Notes: generated from the sequence alone by a model not told the origin. A DNA stretch of 64,000 bases from Eledone cirrhosa (GCA_964016885.1 OZ024752.1:31682001-31746000), one strand, 5' to 3'; shown: positions 38,973 through 53,170, counted from the first letter of the stretch. A program made the numbers and translations.

Positions 38973-39640
38973 TACGTTAAACTATATTAAAAACATACGT
39001 TAAACTATATTAAAAACCTACGTTAAACTATATTAAAAACCTACGTTAAACTATATTAAAAACATACGTTAAACTATATTAAAAACCTACGTTAAACTAT
39101 ATTAAAAACATACGTTAAACTATATTAAAAACCTACGTTAAACTATATTAAAAACATACGTTAAACTATATTAAAAAACCTACGTTAAACTATATTAAAA
39201 ACATACGTTAAACTATATTAAAAAACCTACGTTAAACTATATTAAAAACATACATTAAACTATATTAAAAAAAACCTACGTTAAACTATATTAAAAACGT
39301 ACGTTAAACTATATATTAAAAAAAAAGGAACGATCGACTTTCGTCAAATCGAACGAGGAAACAATGTTTCCATTGGTCTTTCCAAATGCTAATACTATCT
39401 ATCGGTCGCAAATCCAGGTAGATAAAGACACGTGAAATAAAGTGTCTTGTTCGAGGACATAAGGCCGCCTAGTCCGGGAATCGAACTCACAACCTCACGA
39501 TTGCGAATTCAATTCTATTACCAGTCAACCACAAGCCTTCACTATATATAAACCATACGTTAAACTATCTAAAAAACATGTTAAACTACATTAAAAACAT
39601 GTGTTAAACTATATTAAAAACATACGTTAAACTATATAAA
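38973..39640. repeat. 23-bp minisatellite interrupted by a family D SINE (39330-39543 minus)
   Basis: tacgttaaactatattaaaaac(a/c) units. The array resumes in degenerate form after the SINE. Confidence 0.9.
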
Positions 39641-39942
39641 AAAGACATTCATTGGAAAATTAAAGGATTTTAGATTTTTTTATCGTTGTCTTCTTTTATG
39701 AATAAAAACATTATTAAACTTAATATTATTCCATCTTGTTTCTATAATGTGACATCATAATGAACGTTCGCTCAAATGTACCGTGTTCCAATATTGATGA
39801 TTGCTAATATATCGATTACTAGTTAAATACACTTCCATATAAAATCTTATACTAATATCATATCAAGCCGTTGACGATGATTTCCTCGTTTCTATGTTTC
39901 TTCGCCTTTTTGTTCTTATTTTGCTTTGTTTATATTCGGGAC

Positions 39943-40049
<107 letters not shown>

Positions 40050-40104
40050 TATATATACATATATACATTTATATATATATAAAATACATACATACATTTA
40101 TATA

Positions 40105-40254
40105 TATATATATATACACGATATATTAACAAATGGAAACTATATTTTTCCATTTGTTAATATATCGTATTTTTACTACAATAATTTGTTGAGTGCTTTA
40201 TATCAGTTATAAAAATATTAGCTTGTTGTATCCCAACAATTTAAATAGAATTTC

Positions 40255-40260
<6 letters not shown>
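40105..40260. mobile_element. Small fold-back remnant of the 3697/44844 HHR family
   Basis: acgatatattaacaaatggaaa / tttccatttgttaatatatcgt palindrome (40108-40169) plus a 3' extension to (TA)n. Confidence 0.6.
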
Positions 40261-40290
<30 letters not shown>

Positions 40291-40293
<3 letters not shown>

Positions 40294-40428
40294 CGGAGGA
40301 AATGTGGTAAGGAACCAGATGGGCCATAACGCACCAAAGTACTCAATACTTAGGGTAGTAGAGTGGGTAATAGGAACAAGTATGACCCCGACGGCAGAGC
40401 TCAAGCCGTTTCGACGGCTAATTCTGGA

Positions 40429-40430
<2 letters not shown>
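40291..40430 (-). mobile_element. Family X single long arm in (TA)n
   Basis: Matches 17668-17805. Confidence 0.8.
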
Positions 40431-40494
<64 letters not shown>

Positions 40495-40498
<4 letters not shown>

Positions 40499-40650
40499 AT
40501 ATTAAATAAATGGAAACTATATTTATAAAATCATATTTATTCTATTATATATATTTCAAAACTTTGGTACGGTATCATCAGATAAAATACGAAGTGTGTT
40601 TTATAAATTTTGACATAACCAAGGAAAATATACCTTAACGGTTCAAGTTA
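40495..40650 (-). mobile_element. HHR-family fragment homologous to 3648-3802; hammerhead at 40538-40589 with stem II partly deleted
   Basis: Minus strand reads tattttat-CTGATGA-taccgtaccaaagtttt-GAAA-tatata-TA-atagaata. Confidence 0.7.
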
Positions 40651-40753
40651 TATAATGTCATTGTATATTATACTCCAGAAATCTGTTGAGTGCTCGGAAT
40701 CAGTTATAAACATTTATATTTGTTGAATACCAACAAATTGAATATGCCTTCTG

Positions 40754-40802
<49 letters not shown>

Positions 40803-40805
40803 ATA

Positions 40806-41178
<373 letters not shown>

Positions 41179-41289
41179 TCTCTATATATATATATATTCA
41201 TTAGTTAAGCAAAACAAGACCACAAATTTCAGAAGGAAGACATTATTAAAAGATTGTCAACATATTTAGTTTGATGTAAGGAATGTAGA

Positions 41290-41321
<32 letters not shown>

Positions 41322-41546
41322 TTAATAATAATAATCCCCGTTTACAATTATTTCGCTACTCCGTATAATATTTCTGGATCAGATGACTATGTATCATAAT
41401 TGATCTGGTTAAGTTGAAAATAATTAACATATTTAAAAATTTTTTAAATATGTTAATTATTTTCAACTGATCGGATAAGTAGCAGTCTACAGTTTGTAGG
41501 ACTGGAGTATAAATAATATAAGATCAATGGTTAAAAGAGTTTCATG

Positions 41547-41617
41547 TATTTTATTATGCGCATTTCAAAAACAAATATCATCATGAGATGACATTTGCGT
41601 TTTCGTCAGATAAAATA
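41547..41617 (-). ncRNA. Type I hammerhead ribozyme motif (left arm of inverted repeat 41512-41970)
   Basis: Exact reverse complement of 41860-41930. Confidence 0.9.
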
Positions 41618-41859
41618 GGGAGACATGATATGAAGGTTAAAAATCACTCTCTCTCTTTCTATCACCCACCTCTCCTCCTATCTCATCCTTCCTTATTATA
41701 CTCCCCCCGCCACCACCATTCTTTACTCTCATCTCCTCCTCTTTTTCATGCTTTCCACCCCACCCCCTCATTTTTTTCCCAATATCACACATCAATCTTA
41801 AATTACTTTTCATGTGTTGATTTGTAACTGCACTATTCACAAGTGTTTTTTAACCTCCC

Positions 41860-41930
41860 TATTTTATCTGACGAAAACGCAAATGTCATCTCATGATGAT
41901 ATTTGTTTTTGAAATGCGCATAATAAAATA
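41860..41930 (+). ncRNA. Type I hammerhead ribozyme motif, best-formed in window
   Basis: tattttat-CTGACGA-aaacgcaaatgtcatctcatgatgatatttgttttt-GAAA-tgcgca-TA-ataaaata. Stem I is 8 of 8, stem II 15 of 16, and stem III is the palindrome ATGCGCAT. Confidence 0.92.
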
Positions 41931-41964
41931 CATGGAACTCTTTTAACCATCTTTTGATCTTATA

Positions 41965-42585
<621 letters not shown>

Positions 42586-42586
<1 letters not shown>

Positions 42587-42805
42587 GAAGGCGTGTGGCT
42601 GAGTGGTTAGAGAATTGGATTCACAATCTTGAGGTTGTGAGTTCGATTCCTGGACCGGGCGATGCGTTATGTCCTTGAGCAAGGCACTTTATTTCACGTT
42701 GCTCCTTCTACCTGGAGTTGCGACCGATAGATAGTATTAGCATTTGGAAAGACCAACGGAAACATTGTTTCCTCGGTCCGATTTGACGAAAGTCGATCGA
42801 TAAAA
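42586..42805 (+). mobile_element. SINE family D, full-length
   Basis: gaaggcgtgtggctgagtggttag...gttcgattcc...gtccttgagcaaggcactt...gacgaaagtcgatcg plus an A-rich end. Confidence 0.88.
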
Positions 42806-42816
42806 AAATATATATA

Positions 42817-42852
<36 letters not shown>

Positions 42853-43218
42853 CAATTGAACTAAAACCTGTTGATAAAGTGGCTTCCTTGTTCAATCATC
42901 TTACCAGAAGTCTAACATTATTTATGTAAGCGGACAGTACTTGATTTAGGAGTCGCAGAAACCAATGAAACAAATGCTGGATTTTACCAACCATCCAGGG
43001 GTCCGGGTAAATTTTCAATCACATATATTTTTATTTGTTTGACCCGAATTACTTGGTCGTTTCTTTGGCTGTGCGGATGTTTAACCATCGTCTCAGTGTG
43101 TTTGGCCTTTAACGCATGTTATAGCTCTGGTTCATCTGAATCATCGAGCGCTTGCCACACATTTCGGAAGTTGATTTTCGTTAATTCCTAAGCCGAAATA
43201 CGATTCTCGCTAATTTTT

Positions 43219-43290
<72 letters not shown>

Positions 43291-43310
43291 TATTTATATA
43301 TATTTATATA

Positions 43311-44022
43311 TATAGAAATCACATGAATCAAAGTTCTGTTCAAACCATTTATTAGCTTACAATTGTTTCGTCCAAACCGAGGTTTGAAGTCTTCGGAGCA
43401 ATTTTTCAATGATTGTTTACACACATGACCTCCTTTCCAACACAAGAGACATACAGAAACATATGTATATATCGATGCACAGTGGGGTGACATCCATTAT
43501 AATATTTTTGCATGCCAATTTAAATTCAAAAATTAAAACCACTTTAAAACAAAATTAAAGTTAAAATGCAACATCGGCAACACCCATAATACTCTTGATT
43601 ACCCGCTTAAAGTGCTTGTATTGCATATAACACCTTGCCGCACAATAATCTTATATAAATAAGACACACGTGCATGCCCCACGTGTAACTATTGCATGCA
43701 CTAACTACTTCAACTGACTAACAAACTATCCTCTGACATTATCTTCGTAAACTGCCGATGTTATATTTTAACTTTAATTTTGTTTTAATATGATTTTAAT
43801 TTTTGAATGTAAATTGCCATGCTTAACTATTATAATGGATGTCACCCCACTGTGCATCAATATATACATATGTTTCTGTATGTCTCTTGTGTTGGAAAGG
43901 AGGTCACGTATGTAAACAATCATTGAAAAATTGCTCCGAAGACTCAAAACCTCGGTTTGGACGAAACAATTGTAAGCTAATAAATGATTTGAACAGAACT
44001 TTGATTCATGTAATTTCTATAT
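43311..44022. mobile_element. Fold-back element (~270-bp arms, ~170-bp spacer) with variant hammerheads at 43355-43399 (minus) and 43933-43977 (plus)
   Basis: gct-CCGAAGA-ctcaaaacctcggtttggac-GAAA-caattg-TA-agc. Both arms have the CCGA core. Confidence 0.75.
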
Positions 44023-44063
44023 AACTGCTCTGTAGAACAACTGATGTTATTACATTGAGCTAT

Positions 44064-44255
44064 GGCGGTGTATTGGCAGTATCGGTAGAGGGTCAGACGC
44101 CATGCTTTGCAGCAAAGAGTTACGGCCCTTTATGGTCTGAGTTAAAATCGCGCCGAGGTTAACTTTGCCTTTCATCCCTACGGGGTCGATAAAATAAAGT
44201 ACCAGTAATACACTGGAATAATTGCTGGCCTTGTGCCAAAAGTAGAAACAGTTAT
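44064..44255 (+). mobile_element. Family A SINE with 18-bp TSD
   Basis: gttattacattgagctat at 44046-44063 and 44251-44268. Confidence 0.93.
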
Positions 44256-44388
44256 TACATTGAGCTATTTATCTTACTGGTAATAAGGTAGTAATAAATT
44301 ACTGTCTTTCACTGTTTAGGGTTTAAAATATATATAACTTTATAAAGTTTTAGTATATACATAACCATAAATAGTATCTTTAATACTA

Positions 44389-44427
<39 letters not shown>

Positions 44428-44843
44428 GCAAAAGTTTTATTTAAAATTGTTGGGTTACAACAAGTAAATATTTTATAACTGATATAAAGCACTCGACAAG
44501 TTTTGGGAGTAGATATACGATATTAAACAAATGGAAACTATATTTATAAAACCATATTTATTTCATTATACTCTTGGATCTCTCTTGAATATCCCTATTT
44601 GTATGGTGAATTATTATTATTTATTTGTTGCTTTTTTCACCTCCTCCTTCTTTCTCTCTCTCCCCTCTCGCTCTCTGTTTTTCTTTACCTCAGCTTCTTC
44701 TTTTTTTCTCCGTCTTTTTTCTAACTGTGCTTAACACTATAACTAAAAAATTATAAACACTTCACTACCAAGGCAGCCTCCTAATTTAATGGTCGCTTAT
44801 ATTATGGTACGTCAAAATTATTTATAAAACTGTTTATATATTG

Positions 44844-44909
44844 TATTTTATCTGACGAAGGCATGCCATATTTTTAATATGGTATCCTTGAAATATGTAT
44901 AATGAAATA
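44844..44909 (+). ncRNA. Type I hammerhead ribozyme motif within an inverted structure (44515-44571 vs 44897-44953)
   Basis: tattttat-CTGACGA-aggcatgccatatttttaatatggtatcctt-GAAA-tatgta-TA-atgaaata. Stem I is 8 bp with one G-U, stem II 13 of 14. Confidence 0.88.
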
Positions 44910-44962
44910 AATATGGTTTTATAAATATAGTTTCCATTTGTTTAATATCGTATATATTTATA

Positions 44963-45013
44963 AGATTCCTGATGATTTCTAAAGAATGAGACAGTTCTAG
45001 TCCTGTAGAATCT
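44963..45013 (+). ncRNA. Hammerhead motif with GAAA>GAGA mutation
   Basis: agattc-CTGATGA-tttctaaagaat-GAGA-cagttctagtcctg-TA-gaatct. Confidence 0.6.
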
Positions 45014-45015
45014 CA

Positions 45016-45073
<58 letters not shown>

Positions 45074-45120
45074 ATACATACTTATATATGTATGTATATA
45101 TATATATATACATATGTACG

Positions 45121-45170
<50 letters not shown>

Positions 45171-45178
45171 ATAGAAGG

Positions 45179-45229
45179 AGCTTCTACAGGACTAGTACTG
45201 TTTCATTCAGATGAAATCTTCAGGAAGCT
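45179..45229 (-). ncRNA. Hammerhead motif in fold-back insertion 45165-45360
   Basis: Minus strand reads agcttc-CTGAAGA-tttcatctgaat-GAAA-cagtactagtcctg-TA-gaagct. The plus arm starts at CTGAAGA (45228). Confidence 0.78.
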
Positions 45230-45358
45230 GAAGATTTCATCTGAATGAAACAGTACTAGTCCTGTAGAAGCTCCTTCTATACAATAAATATATTTTACTC
45301 TGCCATGTATTGAGTACCTTACTTACTGTGGTTATCCCCGACTCAACCCGGGACCTAC

Positions 45359-45407
<49 letters not shown>

Positions 45408-46032
45408 GAGAGAGAGAGACAGATGTGTGTGTTTAACACCATAGCCATCATTTCGTTTGACGTCATAGCAAGCGTTGTCGTGCCTCAGTCACTGTCATTA
45501 CATTCCTCACAGTTTCTCACAGTTAGCTGATGTTATCACCCTAATCAGCATCGTTGTTATAGTCATCTCTAGTAATAATGTTTCTGTCTTCAATTTAAAA
45601 TCAATTACAGTTCCGATAAGTGCCTCTGTTGCAGTTACTGGAACTAAGTAGGGTGCCAGTTTAGTTCTCCGATGGCCGTTGACTTGTATTCCGTAACCAA
45701 GACAGCGATCTCTTAACGGAAATGATATTTAACCATTAAATAAGAGACTGCCAAATCCATCAGAATGTTTGATTGTCTTAGATGAACTAGCTGGCGAAGA
45801 GATGGTCAAGTAGTTTCTGCATTGGCATATTGAAGGCCGAAATAATTACAGAAATTGCTATCAAAATAGAAAATCCCGGCATGTTGCTGTCTTTTACGAT
45901 CTGCACGCAGCGGCCATTATCTACAAATAATAAATGATGAACAGCTAATTGTAAAAGCGCAGAATCTCTCAGTTAAAAGCAGTTTTCTTTCAGAAAGATT
46001 TATTTTGATTAGGAATGTGTCTAATAGATTGA

Positions 46033-46530
46033 GGCGTAGTGGTAAGTGTGTTGGATTTACGATCATAACGTCATGGGTTCGATCCTGGACTGGGTTGTGT
46101 GTTGTGTTCTTGAGCAAAACGCTTCATTTGATGTAGTTCCGGCTGAAAATGTGTGTCATTATCAATAGCTGATGGTGGATTGGCAATATCGGTAGAGGGT
46201 CGGACGCCATGCTTTACAGCATAGAGTTACGGTCCTTTCTGGTGGGAGTTCAAATCAATCCCGCCGAAGTAAACTTCGCCTTTCATCCTTACGGGGTCGA
46301 TAAAATAAAGTACCAATAATGCACCGGGATAATGACTGGCCTTATGCCAAAAATTAGAAACAATTATCGATAGCTGGTGGTGGTGGTGGGGGGGGGGGGG
46401 GGGGCTAACGCTGCGATGGACTGGTGTCCTCTCCAGAGGGGATTCTTGCTCTCTCAATAGATTAACACCACGGAAACTGGGATAAGTACCTCCCTGCTGA
46501 GCCTCCAGGCTCGAAACAGGTTTTAGATAT
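46033..46530 (+). mobile_element. Family C SINE interrupted by a family A SINE (46174-46366)
   Basis: Family C head and body at 46033-46170 and tail gcgatggactgg at 46413-46530. att.atc.atagctg is repeated at both sides of the inner SINE. Confidence 0.75.
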
Positions 46531-46907
46531 TCCATTTGGAATTCCGACGTCAAAGGGTGTGATACACCAGTTGGTTTCCTGTCCCGTCATATCAATATTG
46601 TCTATTTGAAACACACTCTATTACTAGCAACACGACACACTGATACACACATCTATTGGCAGGCACACGCACAGATATACATTCTCTGAAAGCGAACCCC
46701 ATTTAAAAGGAGCAACACTAAATAAAATGTCTTGCTCACGGATAAACCGCGCAGTTGGGAATTGAGCTAATGGCCGTGCAATAATGAGTCGACCACCCTT
46801 ACGCAAATATAAAAGAACCATTATCTAGCCAGATGCAACTTCCACCCACCCTCAACTACTTAACACGTCCCTGCACGGTTTATTTTTATTATTATGATTT
46901 GCTTCGA

Positions 46908-47575
46908 GGGCGGTGGATTGTCAGTATCGTTAGAGGGTCGGGCGCCATGCTTTGCAGCATAGAGTTACGTCCCTCTGTGATCTGAGTTCAAATCTCGCCG
47001 AGGTTAACTTTGACTTTCATCCTTACGGGGTCGATAAAATAAAGTACGAGTCACGCACTGGGGTCGATTTAATCGATTTTTCCCCTCCCCGAAATTATTG
47101 ACCTTGTGCCTTTGTTGGTAGTATCGGTAGAGGGTCGGACACGCTTTCCAGCATAGTTACGTCCCTTTACGATCTGCCTTGCAGTACAGAGTTACGGCCC
47201 TTTCCATTCTGAGTTCAAATCCTGCCGAGGTTTAACTTTGCCTTTCATCCTTACGGGGTCGATAAAATAAAGTACCAGTAATGTACTGGGATAATTGCTG
47301 GCCTTGTGCCAAAAGTAGAAACAATTATTATGATTTGCTTGAATTAATTATGGTGGATTGGCAGTATCAGTAGAGGGTCGGACGCCATGCTTTCCAGCAT
47401 AGTTACAGTCCCTTTACGATCTGCCTTGCAGCACAGAGTTACGTCCCTTTCCATTCTGAGTTCAAATCCTGCCGAGGTTTAACTTTGCCTTTCATCCTTA
47501 CGGGGTCGATAAAATAAAGTACCAGTAATGCACTGGGTTATTGATGGCCTTGTGCCTAAAGTAGAAACAATTAAT
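46908..47575 (+). mobile_element. Three tandem family A SINEs
   Basis: 46908-47110, 47117-47330 and 47352-47575. ttattatgatttgctt at ~46889 and ~47325. Confidence 0.88.
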
Positions 47576-48476
47576 TATAAAATGCTGCCTTTAATATTTC
47601 GTTGTTCGCTTTTTGTTTTTATTCCTCTCAACACCGTTGTTCATTTAGCTAAACAATGTTGGTCTTATTGGTTCCTGTTAAGGTAGCAGCCGGCTTTTCT
47701 TCATACATACGTTCATTTCTGTTTCCTTATTGATGTTCTTATAAATGTTATTCATCCTGTAGTTTATAGTTTATCCACATGCTCCAGTCGCTATAGGTAT
47801 TGTTAATATTGATATTGGAATCATATATTTACTCAAGGAAGATGTTTTATCAGTTCTTGTTGCTCACATTATTTTTAATGTTGCCCTCTATTTTATATTG
47901 TCGTTTTATCACTGCAGTACTTATAGCAGTTCTCCTCTCCTTTCCTCTATTATTCTCTTCTGTTCCGTTCACCAATCATATCGACGCCAACATTTCCAGA
48001 TTGACATTTAACTCATAGGTTATAGCCAGAGCCAAAAGGGTTTCAAATGCGAATCGTTTCTGGATCACATAAACTTGACTTTCATGACTTCAAACATCTT
48101 TGCTGCTGACATTTGATTAGTTTCCCTGAACTAGCCCCCCTCCTTCTCTCCTCCACCTCTATATTCTCTCTCTCTCTATCTTTCTCTCTCTCGCTCTATC
48201 TATCTCTCTCCCTCTCTCTTTCATTGTCTTGATCCTCGTCCCTCTACATTACCCTTGTTTTATTGTGTAAAACCCCAAACCCAATTGGATCAGTTGATTC
48301 TATTAATTCTGAGGTTATTGAAATTCGTACATAAGGATTTAAAATCCTAACCGATCAAATCAAATTTGTACAGATATTATTGATCTCTTGTGATTAACAT
48401 GGGAACTATTGATCAAAAGTAGGAAAATAGTTTCTTCAATATAGTCCAGTATATTTATTTATTTAATCAATTTAAA

Positions 48477-48930
48477 CGTCTGTATAGAGCTAGTAAGCCA
48501 CGAGAGACTAGTAGAAGTATCTAGTGCTTCTTACAGTTGATAAATAAAACCAAGATATACAGAAATAAGTGAATATAAAAATAAATCATACGTCCGTATA
48601 GAGCTAGTAAGCGATGACAAACTAAAAGAAGTATCTAGTACTTCTTATAGTTGATAAATAAAACCACGATATACAGAAATAAGTGAATATAAAAATAAAT
48701 CATACGTCCGTATAGAGCTAGTAAGCCATGACTGACTAGTAGAAGTATCTATTACTTCTTATAGTTGAGAAACAAAACCAAGATATACAGAGATAAGTGA
48801 ATATAAAAATAAATCATACGTCCGTATAGAGCTAGTAAGCCATGACTGACTAGTAGAAGTATTTAGTACTTGTTATAGTTGAGAAACAAAAAATAAAATG
48901 TACAGAGATAAGTGAATATAAAAATAAAAT
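48477..48930. repeat. ~114-bp tandem repeat (4 copies)
   Basis: acgtc(c/t)gtatagagctagtaag at ~48477, 48590, 48704 and 48818. Confidence 0.92.
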
Positions 48931-49239
48931 TTCGATTAAAAACTAGTAATAATATGTAATATATAAATAAGAGGGGATAACTGGAGACAAAACAAGCATT
49001 TAAAAAAACTAGGACATATTATATTGGTCCCAGACGGATGTTGAATTAAATGATATTATAGAAATTTGACCTGGAGTTGAGAAGATTGAAACTACAGAGT
49101 TATCATTCGCTGTGTCATATATCTTAACTAATCATATATTCTCTACTGGAAGCTGTAGAAAAGCTTATTAATTGATACATGAAATGGAAAGGTAGCGCTC
49201 AGACTTGCATGTGAAATGCACTGGACATATATATCTTAA

Positions 49240-49520
49240 GTCTAAAGTCTGTCTTAAGCCAGAAGGCTCATTTGGCCGATGCTTATCCCGGTTTCATGGC
49301 GTGAAGCGACTGAGAGTACAATACTCCCCCCTGGACAAGACGCCAGTCCATCGCAGGGTTAAACCTCCAGCTATTGCTGGTAGTCATTTTCAGCTGAGTA
49401 TACTGGAGCAACGTGAAATGAAGTGTTTTGCTCAAGAACAAAACACGCAGCCCAGGAATCGAACCCACGACATTATGATCGTAAGTACAACACCCTTACC
49501 ACTAGGTCACGTGGCACCAC
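49240..49520 (-). mobile_element. SINE family C, full-length
   Basis: Reverse complement of ggtgccacgtgacctagtggtaagg...gggttcgattcc...cttgagcaaaacactt...gatggactggcgtc. cactggacatatatat at 49219 and 49518 is TSD-like. Confidence 0.85.
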
Positions 49521-49584
49521 TGGACATATATATATATACATACATATAAATATATATATAGATACATATACATAATACACACAT

Positions 49585-49843
<259 letters not shown>

Positions 49844-50959
49844 CACTTGGTGAGATGAGTTTTCTGTCACCGCCGATTCGAAATCTTGTTCTGAAAAGCT
49901 GTAACGAAGTGGATTCCGCTAAATGCAAGCAAGTGCCGTCTGGACTGGTTAAATCAGGCGACTGATTAAGTCTTCTTAATGGATAATATAGTTATCTAGA
50001 TAAATAAGATATTGTAATATTTAGATAATTAAGATTTGGTGATCATAGCTCTATAATCTTTGATCAAAGATCTGCTTCTTCAGGACAGACCTCGGGCTAA
50101 GCAACACATGTAGAATATATGTAGTGGTGTAGATTATTCTATAATAAACTGTAGGAGTATTTGTGCTAAACAACCAGTAATGTAGACGGTGTTTTTGAAT
50201 GACGATACCAGCTAGAACCTTATCATAAACGGGAAAGGACGTGTGACCATACCTCATCAGCGAGACTTCAGACGTCCTCAGACGTCAGGCGTTTTTCAGC
50301 GAGACTTTAGACGTCAGGGGTTTTTCCAGCTCAGTGACATTATACTGGCAAATATATTTTAATCTGAACAAGTATAGTGTGCTAGGTGAACTCCCGATTG
50401 AACAAGCCATGATTAAGAAACTCTTACGTACAAACATTACTGTCGTGTGACCAAGTTTTTCAAGTGCTGATATTAGGCAAGTGACCATACCTTTGTGACC
50501 AGCACTTCAAGGTAGATGTTAGTCAAATACAGACTATCCTAATGTGTGTGGGGATGAGTTCCAAACTGATTATTTACGATGTAGAAATTCAGTTATTTTT
50601 TATCTCTACACAAATGCCACCAAATTATGCATCACCTGAAATTTCGTAGGAATAATTTTACATAATTTGGAAATGAACTCCACAGAACAAAACGTCTGTA
50701 CAAACGAAGGCGATATCGCAGGGCTTTTTATATTCTAAGTTTAAATATTTCTTTTTGATTCATGTGTACAATATATACCTGGAAATCTCGGCAGAAACGA
50801 CGTTTACCTCTGAGATGTGATGGAGGAACACACTGCCTAATTAGCTTCAATATGAATCTTAAAAACCAAAAAAATTGTTTGTTTATTTGCTGTAAAGAGG
50901 AGGTGGTTAAATGAAAGGGTTAAGTAATCATGGTGAACACAACCACAAGGATATGGTCC

Positions 50960-51355
50960 TACATGGAAGAGCCGAATTCACACTGTCATCGCCTCATCTC
51001 TCTCGGCCCTCCCCAGCTCAACGTACTGTGAGCAAATGGGGTCCCACGTGGTGGGCTCCCCACAGCCCCGGCGGACAGAATGGAGAAGGCGTATCCCCGG
51101 ATGATGGTAAGGGAGATGCGCTGGAAGGTCCATTCCAGCTCGCGACGCTCACACCTGCAGCTGGCCAGCTCAACGCCTATGGTGGTGAGTAGGGAGGTAG
51201 CCCTAGTGCCAAGGACACCAGAAGTCTCCACTGCCAACGGTACGACCGCAAAACTGTCGGAGAGAGCGACCGGTATTTGGAAACTTTTGCCTCCTCAGCC
51301 CGACGTGCAGCAGAACCTGGGTTAGTCGCAGACTGCACCAATCAAGACAGTGAAG
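50960..51355 (-). mobile_element. CRE-clade non-LTR retrotransposon 3' fragment (RLE C-terminus)
   Basis: SATNPGSAARRAEEAKVSKY then a frameshift to VPLAVETSGVLG..A..LL..IG...FQRISLTIIRGYA.SIL. This resembles the conserved AVET.G / QR.S....RGNA end of CRE ORFs. GC-rich island. Confidence 0.78.
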
Positions 51356-51747
51356 AGTAGTTTAGATATTATCAATGCTTCGTGGAGGGTGTGGTTGGGG
51401 AGTTTGAGATGATCAGGAATATTGCACTGTCTATACACTTCTTGTATATACCATAGAATCATAAAATGAATGCATCATTAAAGTACAAACCATTTCCTTA
51501 AATATAGTTCAGAACGAGACTTTACTATGTATATGCGTATACACATATGTATGTGTATGTGATTATGTGTGTCTCCTGCGTTGTCAATAAGGACATTAAA
51601 GTTTATAGAGAAGTTACAAGCACGGCTAGAACGCAAGAAGATATCAACTGTTGTTTACAATGACAATATATCAATTAAGATGAATGTAAAGATTCGATAT
51701 TGCATGTAAGGAAGAATACATTTGTAGATTTATTATGAATATATTAC

Positions 51748-52100
<353 letters not shown>

Positions 52101-52559
52101 AGAGAATCCGTTATTAGTTTGATACAGTACCTACATGAATATATGAATTCCATAGACTCCATTTCCGGCAGCGTCTTTCACAATCAGAAAATGAAAACAA
52201 ACGACACATTATAGATAATAATTTCTTTTCAGGCCTTGAGATTTAAATTTCGATAAAATGGATTATCTAGAAGTTTCCATCAGGAGATGGCCTCAGGCCT
52301 GTACGAAGACTATGAAGACTATGAAGACTATGAAGAATATGAAGAATAGGAAGTCACGTTTTGTGAGATATAACGTATATTAAAATCTTCCTAATTACAA
52401 AGCTTTGAAATATTCTCTGATCTCTGAGCTAGAGCTGCTACTTCTCCAATTTGAGAGATCATAGCACCGATACTACAGACATGTAGTTAAAATGTCTTAG
52501 GAGAGAATCGCTGGACAGATTTAGATTTAAGGGGTAAAACCAACTGGCAGGAGACCCAG

Positions 52560-52922
52560 AGATAGATATTGACAAGCAAAATGGTTGGATAATTTGGCGC
52601 AACCCATCTTCTCTCCAGGTCTCAATACAGCAGATTTCTTTCACGGAAGACTAGGAAGTGAGGAAGTGGACGTAAGAAAGAAATATAGAGGAAGAATCGA
52701 ACCCAGTACTATATTTGTACGTATGTATTGTCCCCCCCCCCCCCCCGTAAGTGTTGAGAGAATCGTAGGGATGTTATACTGACATACGACTTTTTTCCAG
52801 AGAAGGATAGACAGAGTGAGAGAACGGAAGTGAAAAAGAGATATAGACGAAGAATCGACTCCAGTACTTGACTGGTACTTTTTTTATCGACCTCGAATGG
52901 ATGAATGGCAATGTTGACTTCG
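52560..52922 (-). mobile_element. SINE family B fragments with duplicated tail start
   Basis: atatagag(g)aagaatcga at 52684 and 52840. Core tcgacctcgaatggatga. Confidence 0.68.
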
Positions 52923-53170
52923 AACAACAATAAAAGCAAAAAAGGTGAAATTCATTAATTAACAGAAACTATCAAAGAGGAATTACTAAATTCAGTTAAT
53001 TACAAGTAACTTCCGGTATCAATTCTGCAGTTAATATTTTAGGATCTTCGGTGAGGACATGATAACGGGAAATATCAAAATTTAGGAAATTCTTAAAACG
53101 GTTTCTGTTAATAAAGTGTTATAAGATTTTATTGTAGAGTTCTGTTTTTAGTCTTTGAGAAAAAAACACG

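Noticed and set aside
41412-41468. AT-rich near-perfect palindrome (also a hairpin at 3588-3658) as a miRNA or terminator
   Set aside because: More simply explained as fold-back scars next to PLE-like inserts. No independent evidence.
42586-42660. tRNA gene candidates (also 5047, 7445, 37855, 46033, 49520)
   Set aside because: They have A/B boxes but no clean cloverleaf and continue into shared SINE bodies.
47600-48130. Possible ancient LINE or exon remnant on the minus strand (also 45480-45920)
   Set aside because: No interpretable motif in any frame by eye.
50225-50265. CTGATGAGG on the minus strand as a hammerhead
   Set aside because: No downstream GAAA or closing stems found.
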